Below the pieces are notes generated by a model. It was not told the origin of the DNA, made no database searches, and saw only the letters and a list, made by a program, of their open reading frames with translations. A stretch of 64,000 bases of DNA from Candidatus Hydrogenedentota bacterium (GTDB lineage: Bacteria; Hydrogenedentota; Hydrogenedentia; Hydrogenedentales; SLHB01). The position numbers and the translations under genes are program-made. This document shows, piece by piece, positions 9,060 to 16,368 of this stretch. The stretch covers positions 225,888 through 289,887 of the forward strand of contig BTWA01000003.1 in NCBI GenBank assembly GCA_045863295.1, read 5' to 3'. The number at the start of each line of letters is the position of its first letter. Position 1 is the first letter of the stretch.

Positions 9060-9550
9060 TGGAGTGCGGAAGCTTGCTTCCGCCTTGGATGAGCCAGCTT
9101 GCTGGCGTCGCATTCTGTGCATGCTTTGTGCGTAATGCTTCAGCGGGTGTCAGGGCGTTTGCTTGCGAGGGATTGGCGTTTGGGGTGTGCACGCGGGAGC
9201 AAGCTCCCTTGGGTAAAGCGGAAGCAAGCTTTCGCTTTAGATGAGCCAGCATGCTGGCGTCGCATTCTGTGCATGCTTTGTGCGTAATGCTTCAGCGGGT
9301 GTCAGGGCGTTTGCTTGCGAGGGAATGGCATTGGGGTGTGCACGCGGGAGCAAGCTCCCTTGGGCAAAAGCGGAAGCAAGCTTCCGCAGGCCAGAGATGA
9401 GCCGGCTTACTGGCGTCGCATTCTGTGCATGCTTTGTGCGTTATGCTTTAGCGGTTGTCAGGGCGTTTGCTTGCGAGCGCGCGGCATTGGGGTGTGCACA
9501 CGGGAGCAAGCTCCCTTAGGCAGGGCGGAAGCAAGCTTCCGCAGGCCAGA
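9060..9550. repeat. Tandem array of three REPIN-like units (same family and orientation as 8057-8237)
   Basis: Three ~155-165 bp units, each GATGAGCC..GCTGGCGTCGCATTCTGT...CAGGGCGTTTGCTTGCGAG...GGGAGCAAGCTCCCTT...GCGGAAGCAAGCTT. Confidence 0.9.
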
Positions 9551-9557
9551 GTGCGCA

Positions 9558-9671
9558 TTTGACCCCAACGGGGTCAAACATACTAGCCTAGGGCAAAGTT
9601 CGCCCGCGCGGAGCGAGGAGAACGCCGCCCTAGGAAACGAGGCCCCCATGCTCCCCACTCTGAAGGAGTGG
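9558..9671. repeat. Second palindromic extragenic element (three hairpins)
   Basis: TTTGACCCC-aac-GGGGTCAAA; CCTAGGGC...GCCCTAGG; CCACTC-tgaag-GAGTGG; single copy in the window. Confidence 0.5.
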
Positions 9672-9796
9672 CACAATGTGTTACGACCTTCGGATGCGGC
9701 CCGGTCGTGCACACGCGGCAGGTCTCCTCGCTCAAAACGTTTCGAAATCTGTGCGGGCTGCAGCCTCCCAGCATCAACCGGCCGGCAACGACAGTG

Positions 9797-9824
9797 TGCT
9801 TCCCGTGGCGGGAGGCATTATAAT
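9797..9824 (+). promoter_or_regulatory. Candidate -10 box with adjacent inverted repeat upstream of the PspA-like operon
   Basis: TATAAT at 9819-9824 preceded by TGCTTCCCG-tgg-CGGGAGGCA. Confidence 0.45.
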
Positions 9825-9877
9825 GCGGATTCGAACGGTAGTTGGCGCGGAATAGCCCAAGGAGGAGGATCGATCCG

Positions 9878-10702
9878 ATGTTTGCAGCGATTGGCAGGTG
9901 GTTCCGGGCGTTGGGCTATTTGTTTACGGGCAAGATCGATTCATCCCGACGCGGCATGGATCTGAATCCGCACGTGATCCGCGCGAAATACGAAGACATC
10001 ATCCGTGCGAAAACCAGTCAGATTCACACGTATAAGCAGGCCATGGCGACGCTGATTGCACAGCAGGTGCAGAAAATGGCCAAGGTGAAGCAACTCACTG
10101 ATGACGTGAAGCACCTGGAAAACCTGAAATCCGGCGCGTTGGCCAAGGCGAAGAAGACAGTGGAAGAACTGAAGGCCAAGGGCCAGCCCGAAGAAACCAT
10201 CAAGACGCACGAGGATTACCTGAAGTGCCTCTCGGCGTTCAACGATTTCAGCTCCACATTGAACGAGAAGCAGGAACGCATCGCGGAGTTGGAAGAAGAT
10301 CTGGGCGAATACGGAAAGCGCATCAGTGAACACAAACTGCAGTTGCAGTCACTGCTCCGCGATGTGGACAAACTGCGTTCGGAATCGGCGGACGCGGTGG
10401 CGGAAGTCATCACGGCGAAGGAAGAAAAGGAAATTGCCGAGTCCATTGCCGGCATCGCGCAGGATGGAACTGCCGAGGAATTGCAGCGGTTGCGCCAGAT
10501 GCGCCAGGAAGTCAAGGCGGAAGCCCGCGTGACGCGCGAATTGGCGGGCACGACGACGCGCGCGCAAGAGGAAGAATTCATTGCGTATGCGCGGCAGTCG
10601 GAAGGCAGCAGCGAATTCGATCAACTGATCGGCCTGGCGGAAAAGGCCGACACGGCGGCCCCGGAACAGGCCCCCGCCGAAACCGAACGCCTGCCGGAAT
10701 GA
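9878..10702 (+). CDS. PspA/IM30 (Vipp1/ESCRT-III superfamily)-like coiled-coil protein
   Basis: SD GGAGGAGG; N-terminal amphipathic helix MFAAIGRWFRALGYLF, DLNP hinge (cf. PspA EDP), long helical hairpin, C-terminal short helices EEEFIAY and SEFDQL; 274 aa. Confidence 0.7.
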   Translation: MFAAIGRWFRALGYLFTGKIDSSRRGMDLNPHVIRAKYEDIIRAKTSQIHTYKQAMATLIAQQVQKMAKVKQLTDDVKHLENLKSGALAKAKKTVEELKAKGQPEETIKTHEDYLKCLSAFNDFSSTLNEKQERIAELEEDLGEYGKRISEHKLQLQSLLRDVDKLRSESADAVAEVITAKEEKEIAESIAGIAQDGTAEELQRLRQMRQEVKAEARVTRELAGTTTRAQEEEFIAYARQSEGSSEFDQLIGLAEKADTAAPEQAPAETERLPE

Positions 10703-10723
10703 TCGGCCCGGACAGGGAATTTC

Positions 10724-12544
10724 ATGCAGCCTGACTACCCATTTTTGCGCACCGCGGGCCGGATACTGAACGCGGGCCAGGCGCGGACGATTTTGTTTAC
10801 GGGCAACATCCACGATCTCTTCCGTGTGGAAAAGCCCGACGGGCAAATCGACTACGTCCCGCTGATCGAATACCTCATCGCCAAGTGGAACCTGCCGCAA
10901 TACATGCTGCTGGTCTATGAATTGAACGGACCCATCCGGTTCGTCAATGAAAGTGACCGGCCCATTCTTCGCGACGCGTGGTTGCGCTGGCGGGTCGGCC
11001 TGACAGGCGATCAGCTTGCCATCAAACGCGTAACCGAGTCCGTGCGCACGACGCAGGATCAGGATGCCGCGGCGCGCGCGTACGACGCCAACCTGCAGTC
11101 CGCCGTCGGCAACGCGACCGTGGCGCTGGAACTGCTGCGGCAGATGTGCTTGTGTTCGCGCACGCGAATCGACGGCAAACCCGCGCTCGACAAAAACCTG
11201 ATCATCTTGATCGAAGCCGGTGATCTGCTGGTGCCCGAAGGCGAAATTACCCGCCTGTCGGACGCGGACCGCCGGCGCGTCAGCATTTGCCACGACTGGT
11301 TTTCCGATCCCGGCTTCACGAACGGGGGCGATTCGGTGGTTGTCTTTGCGGAATCGCGCAGCCAATTGAACCAGCGCATCGCGGGCCTCCCCCATGTGCT
11401 GGAATCCTCCGTGCCCTCTCCCGACGAAGCCGCGCGCAAGGAATTCATCTCCTGGTTCAATCAGCGCCAGCCGGAAATCGCGAAAGCACGGCTGTGGTCG
11501 ACCGAGGACGACCTTGCGAAGTACACGGCGGGGTTGTCGTTGCACGCGTTGAACCAACTGTTGAAGGGCGCGGCCTACCAGCGGGAGCCGCTTTCGCTCG
11601 ATCACGTCGTGGCCAAAGTCGAGGAATTTATCCAAAGCCAATTGGGCGAAGATGTCGTGGAGTTCAAGAAGCCCTCGCACACCCTGGACGACGTGGTCGG
11701 ATTTTCGCGCCTGAAGCATTTCCTGCGCACGGAACTAATCCCCCGCTTTCAATCCACCGGACCGGACGCGCTTCCCGGTGCGGCCGTGGCCGGGCCCATT
11801 GGCGGCGGCAAGACGTTTATATTCGAAGCGGTCGCGTCGGAACTGGACATGGTGGTGCTGGTGATCAAGAACATCCGCAGCCAGTGGTTCGGCCAGACCG
11901 ATGTGATCTTCGAGCGGTTGAAGCGCGTGCTCGAAGCGCTGTCGAAAGTGCTCATCTTCGTCGATGAAGCGGACACGCAATTCGGCGCCATTGGCCCCGA
12001 GGCACACGACACCGAGCGCCGCCTGACTGGCAAGATTCAGCAACTCATGTCCGACCCGCGCACGCGCGGACGGGTCATCTGGTTGCTGATGACCGCGCGC
12101 ATTCATTTGTTGTCCCCGGACATCCGCCGCCCAGGGCGCGTGGGCGATCTCATCATTCCCGTGCTTGACCCCGAAGGGGCCGATCGCGAAGCGTTTTTAC
12201 GCTGGGTGGTAAAAGATGTCGTCGCGGGGGAACTGGACACAGCCCAGTTGGAACGGTTGTCCGATGCGACCATCAATTACTCGGCGGCGAGTTTCGCATC
12301 GCTGCGATCCGAACTGCGCGCGCAGACGAAAGTAGCCGGGGGATCGCTTCCATTCGAACGCGTCCTCGAACGGGTCAACGACATGCTGCCCGCGGATATC
12401 CGGGAGACGCGTGAATACCAGGAATTGCAGGCCCTGGTGAACTGCACCCGCCGCAGCCTCCTCCCCGATCCCACCATCGACGAAAGTCAGCGCGCCGCCT
12501 GGGCCGCCGAACTCCGCAAACTCGAATCCAAAGGCATCCGCTAA
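10724..12544 (+). CDS. AAA+ ATPase with a degenerate N-terminal AAA-like region and an active C-terminal classic-clade AAA domain
   Basis: TLDDVVG, Walker A GPIGGGKT, pore loop SQWFGQTD, Walker B LIFVDEAD, second region of homology LSPDIRRPGR. Confidence 0.9.
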   Translation: MQPDYPFLRTAGRILNAGQARTILFTGNIHDLFRVEKPDGQIDYVPLIEYLIAKWNLPQYMLLVYELNGPIRFVNESDRPILRDAWLRWRVGLTGDQLAIKRVTESVRTTQDQDAAARAYDANLQSAVGNATVALELLRQMCLCSRTRIDGKPALDKNLIILIEAGDLLVPEGEITRLSDADRRRVSICHDWFSDPGFTNGGDSVVVFAESRSQLNQRIAGLPHVLESSVPSPDEAARKEFISWFNQRQPEIAKARLWSTEDDLAKYTAGLSLHALNQLLKGAAYQREPLSLDHVVAKVEEFIQSQLGEDVVEFKKPSHTLDDVVGFSRLKHFLRTELIPRFQSTGPDALPGAAVAGPIGGGKTFIFEAVASELDMVVLVIKNIRSQWFGQTDVIFERLKRVLEALSKVLIFVDEADTQFGAIGPEAHDTERRLTGKIQQLMSDPRTRGRVIWLLMTARIHLLSPDIRRPGRVGDLIIPVLDPEGADREAFLRWVVKDVVAGELDTAQLERLSDATINYSAASFASLRSELRAQTKVAGGSLPFERVLERVNDMLPADIRETREYQELQALVNCTRRSLLPDPTIDESQRAAWAAELRKLESKGIR

Positions 12545-12546
12545 CT

Positions 12547-12872
12547 CTCTGGCCTGCCGAATCGTGCTTCCGCGTGCACACCGAAACGCCAAGCCTACAC
12601 AAGCAGACGCCCTGATAAACGCGGAAACAAATCGCACGATCCGTCCACAGAATGCGACGCCAGCAAGCTGGCTCATCTCTGGCCTGCGGAAGCTTGCTTC
12701 CGCTTTACCTAAGGGAGCTTGCTCCCGGGTGCACACCCAAATGCCGGACCCTCGCAAGCAAACGCCCTGACAAACGCTAAAACATAACGCATAAGGCGTG
12801 TTCAGAATGCGACGCCAGCGAGCTGGCTCATCTAAAGCGGAAGCAAGCTTCCGCAGGCCAGGGAGCTTGCTC
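12547..12872. repeat. Two REPIN-like units in inverted orientation relative to the 8-9.5 kb copies (first unit decayed)
   Basis: CAGAATGCGACGCCAGC.AGCTGGCTCATC twice; GCGGAAGCTTGCTTCCGC; GGGAGCTTGCTCCC; lies between convergent genes. Confidence 0.9.
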
Positions 12873-12899
12873 ACTTGCGCGCGCATTTAGCCCGCGTGT

Positions 12900-13301
12900 T
12901 CAGGGTCTTTCAATCCACGTGGGCTCCCAGAGATGTCCGTCCGGGTCTTCCACTTCGTACATCGCCATGGCGCCCTCGGGCGCATCCGTGTCCACGCGGT
13001 AATAATTGCCGCCGTGTGCCTTGGCGGTTTCCGCAAACGCCTCCACCGCTTCTCTTGACTCCAACGACAGTCCAAATATCGCGGCATTGGTCTTGCGCGT
13101 GTCCGCGACTTCACGCCCCCTGACGAATCGCCTATACGCTTCTCCGGTCCACAACATGATCCAAATACCATGGCGCCACGAGAGGCTGCACGCGCTCCCG
13201 TCCGAGCACCCGGCGTCCTTCACAAATCCGAGTGCTTCGTAAAATGCCATCGACCGTGTTAAATCGCTAACCGGCAAGTGAATGACGATATGGGTGCTCA
13301 T
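12900..13301 (-). CDS. VOC/glyoxalase family protein
   Basis: IHLPVSDLTRSMAFYEALGF; EDPDGHLWE. Confidence 0.9.
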   Translation of the reverse strand: MSTHIVIHLPVSDLTRSMAFYEALGFVKDAGCSDGSACSLSWRHGIWIMLWTGEAYRRFVRGREVADTRKTNAAIFGLSLESREAVEAFAETAKAHGGNYYRVDTDAPEGAMAMYEVEDPDGHLWEPTWIERP

Positions 13302-13435
13302 GCGGCGAATTGTACCGTACCCCACCTTCCCGCGGAAAACCATCCCGCCTAGGCAGATTGCATTCCGGCCGCAAACTACATGTTGCTCCATTGCCGAAAA
13401 AACGCTAAGGTACCCCTTTCTACCGGGAGAGGCTC

Positions 13436-14380
13436 ATGAAGAACCAGTTTGTCGATACGCTCCAAGACGGCGATATCGTCAATGATTACTTTATCGCGGC
13501 GCGCAAGGATCTAAGGGATCAGACCAAGGGCGGAAAGTTCTTGGGAATGGTGTTCCGCGATCGAACGGGCGATGTAGGCGGCGTATTGTGGAACAATGCC
13601 CAGAATGTGGCAAAACTGTTCGCCGTCGGCGACGTGGTGCAGGTGCGCGGGACGGTGCAGACGTATCAGGACCGGATGCAAATCCGCGTGGATCAAGTGT
13701 TGCCCATGCGCGACGAGGAGTACGACCCCGCAGATTTGGTCGCGGCGGTGCAGAATTCCAGCGAGATTTTAACGGAATTTCAAGCCTTGCTCGGCACCAT
13801 CAAGAACGAATGGCTGCGCAAGCTGGTGGATGCTTTCTGGGCGGACGCGGATTTCAGCGCGAAGTTTGAGCGCGCGGCGGCCGGAAAACGCTGGCACCAC
13901 GGCTATCGGGGCGGCCTGTTGCAGCATTGCCTGGAACTGGCCAAACTCGCGGATGCTACCGCGGCGGTGTTCCCGAGGATTGATCGCGATCTCCTGCTCA
14001 CCAGCGTGTTGATTCACGACATCGGCAAAATCGAGGAATTGAGTGACGAATTGTGCGTAGAGTACACGACACCCGGAAAGCTCCTCGGTCACCTCGCCAT
14101 CGGCTATGAGATGGCCAACCGGAAGATGAATGCCATTCCCGGTTTTCCGGAGACAATCCGGATACAACTGCTCCACTGCATTCTCTCCCATCACGGATCG
14201 AATGAATTCGGATCGCCGGTGGTGCCCAAAACGCTGGAAGCCGTCGCGCTGCACCACATCGACAACCTCGGCGCGCAACTAAACGCTGTCGCCCGTATTG
14301 TCGACGAGACCAGGGGCAAGGGCCAGGCGTGGTCCGACTACCAGCCGCTCATTGAACGGGAGATTTGGACGAAGGAATAG
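13436..14380 (+). CDS. yhaM: YhaM/Cbf1-family 3'-5' exoribonuclease (OB fold + HD domain)
   Basis: DRTG OB fold; AAGKRWHHGYRGGLLQH; LIHDIGK; HCILSHHG; GSPVVPKTLEA. Confidence 0.88.
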   Translation: MKNQFVDTLQDGDIVNDYFIAARKDLRDQTKGGKFLGMVFRDRTGDVGGVLWNNAQNVAKLFAVGDVVQVRGTVQTYQDRMQIRVDQVLPMRDEEYDPADLVAAVQNSSEILTEFQALLGTIKNEWLRKLVDAFWADADFSAKFERAAAGKRWHHGYRGGLLQHCLELAKLADATAAVFPRIDRDLLLTSVLIHDIGKIEELSDELCVEYTTPGKLLGHLAIGYEMANRKMNAIPGFPETIRIQLLHCILSHHGSNEFGSPVVPKTLEAVALHHIDNLGAQLNAVARIVDETRGKGQAWSDYQPLIEREIWTKE

Positions 14381-14424
14381 ACTTTGTCCGGCTGCGAAGC
14401 CGCGAATCGCGAGTGCCCTCGACC

Positions 14425-15210
14425 ATGGAAACCCCACATCGATCCGTCGTGTCGGTCTTGACGTTTGTGCGTGATGAGTTGGCGTCGTTGTCGCGCCAAT
14501 TGGGCGCGTTGACGCCGTACGAAGTGAGCCATGCCGTGCCGGAACTGGACACCCGCCTGCGCCGGGTGTACGAAGGCCTGGAAGCGTGCCGGAAATACGT
14601 GGCGCTGCACCGGCCGCCGGAATGCCGCTACTACAAACCCGCGGAAACCATTCGTTCGATCAAGGGAACGCTGTCGGCTTCCCCTTTCACCATCGACGTG
14701 CAGGCGAACCGGGAATGCTACGGCGATCCCGATCAAATCGGCGAAATTCTGAAAATCATGGTACGTAGTCTTCCACCCACGCAGGGCGGTGTCACCGTGG
14801 AATTGCTGCTGGCATCTGTTCAGCCCAAGATCGTGGTCAGCGTGGACGGCGAGGCCCGGTTTCCCGAAACGTTCGTGATCGAAGGCATGATTGCGGTCAC
14901 ACTGCGCGAGATGGGACGGTGCTGGATTGGCGCCACGCACGGCGGACACATTCACGAAGCCGCCGACGGCGCCGTGCTCTATCTCGAAGGCAATGCCACG
15001 GTACCCGATCAGAATGCCGACATGAGCGCGTTGCAGGTGCCGCTGGATGTGGCGACGCGCAAGCTCACTGCGTGGCGCGGGGCGATCGGCCAATACGAGG
15101 AAGGCCTGGTTGCACCGGAGGAAGTCATTACGCTCTACGCGAAAAACGTGGATCAGGTGTTGGAACTGGTGGCCCCCGCCGTCGATGCGGCGCGATCACT
15201 GGAGTTGTGA
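14425..15210 (+). CDS. Hypothetical protein, possibly a degenerate histidine-kinase fold
   Basis: Coding-like ORF filling the gap after yhaM; segments YGDPDQIGEILKIMV and ATHGGHI resemble HATPase landmarks. Confidence 0.6.
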   Translation: METPHRSVVSVLTFVRDELASLSRQLGALTPYEVSHAVPELDTRLRRVYEGLEACRKYVALHRPPECRYYKPAETIRSIKGTLSASPFTIDVQANRECYGDPDQIGEILKIMVRSLPPTQGGVTVELLLASVQPKIVVSVDGEARFPETFVIEGMIAVTLREMGRCWIGATHGGHIHEAADGAVLYLEGNATVPDQNADMSALQVPLDVATRKLTAWRGAIGQYEEGLVAPEEVITLYAKNVDQVLELVAPAVDAARSLEL

Positions 15211-15234
15211 CCCAGACGCGGCTGGATGTCGCGT

Positions 15235-16344
15235 CTACTTCAGCCGCTTCACTGTGCCCGCTCTAATCGCCCTGCCTCGATCCGCGCTGGCCACCGCGGC
15301 GAAGCAGAGGGCCAGGCTGTCGAGATTGGCGCGCGCGTGGTGCAATGGTTGCCGGTTCTCGGCAATGCTGTTCAAGAGTTCCGCCATGGCCCCGTGAAAG
15401 CCGTCGGGAAACCAGGTGCCTTTCAGTCTCGGCGAGGCGATGCCCCGGCTGGAGTACATCGATACCGCCTGCTTGCTGAGGCTTGGCCCGACGCTGCGCA
15501 ACAGCCCCAGTGTGCCTGCCACGTCGGTGCGATCTTCCTGGCCCAGAGGCGTATCGCCATTCAAGCCCAACGTAGCGACGCCGTCTTCGAACTCGACGAC
15601 CGCGTGACCGATCAACGGCGGCGCGGGCCGCTGACTTCGCGATCGCGCGATCGACGCATAGACCTGAATGGCCTTTCTCCCGGTAAAGAAAACGGCGGCC
15701 ATGTCAAACCAGTGAATCGCGAAATCGTAGAGCAACAAGTGGCGCTCGTTATTGAAGACCGTGTTCACAACCCAGTTGTGATCCCAGTGCAGCGTGAAAT
15801 CCACGGTGTTCACGTCGCCGATGCAGCCGGCTTTCACGGCTTCGCGCATGTACGCGAAATGCGGCGCCCACCGGCCATTCTGATTCACGGCGAGCCGCAC
15901 GCCTTTGGCGTCGGCCAGATCGGCAAGCCGCGCGCCTTCATTCAGATCGAGAACAAAGGGCTTCTGCGAGAGCACGTGCTTGCCCGCGCGAATCGCGGCA
16001 CGAATGATCTCAGGCCGGCCGTGCGGATGCGTGGCCACGTCGACCACCTCAATGCCGGTGTGCTTGATCAGGTCGCGGTATTCCGTGTAGACGGCCGCCT
16101 TGGGGTAGTACGTTTTTCGACGGGCCTCGGCTTTGGCGCGGTCCACGTCGCAAAGCGCGACGACGCGCAGACCGGCTTTCGTGTAGGCGTTCAGATGCTG
16201 TTCCGTGATGCCGCCGCAGCCGATGAGGCCGATATCCGGCGAAAAGTTTTTGGGTACCTGCGGACGGTACGGGAGATCGGGTGCGGCGATTGTGCGCAGG
16301 CTGGTTTGAGGACTAAGGCCGTAGGTCGCTTTCGTCTTCGCCAT
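15235..16344 (-). CDS. Gfo/Idh/MocA family oxidoreductase
   Basis: IGLIGCGGI, AGKHVLSQKP, AVNQNGRW, YDFAIHWFD. Confidence 0.92.
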   Translation of the reverse strand: MAKTKATYGLSPQTSLRTIAAPDLPYRPQVPKNFSPDIGLIGCGGITEQHLNAYTKAGLRVVALCDVDRAKAEARRKTYYPKAAVYTEYRDLIKHTGIEVVDVATHPHGRPEIIRAAIRAGKHVLSQKPFVLDLNEGARLADLADAKGVRLAVNQNGRWAPHFAYMREAVKAGCIGDVNTVDFTLHWDHNWVVNTVFNNERHLLLYDFAIHWFDMAAVFFTGRKAIQVYASIARSRSQRPAPPLIGHAVVEFEDGVATLGLNGDTPLGQEDRTDVAGTLGLLRSVGPSLSKQAVSMYSSRGIASPRLKGTWFPDGFHGAMAELLNSIAENRQPLHHARANLDSLALCFAAVASADRGRAIRAGTVKRLK

Positions 16345-16368
16345 GCGCCTGTTCTCCAGCGCGGTTCG

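Noticed and set aside
8057..9550. Repeats as a CRISPR array
   Set aside because: Units are 155-180 bp, the intervening sequences are homologous rather than unique spacers, and no cas genes are present
8044..9965. Short ORFs containing LECGSLLP / RKLASAL / GSKLP
   Set aside because: Translations of the palindromic repeats; also inflate the methyltransferase ORF N-terminus
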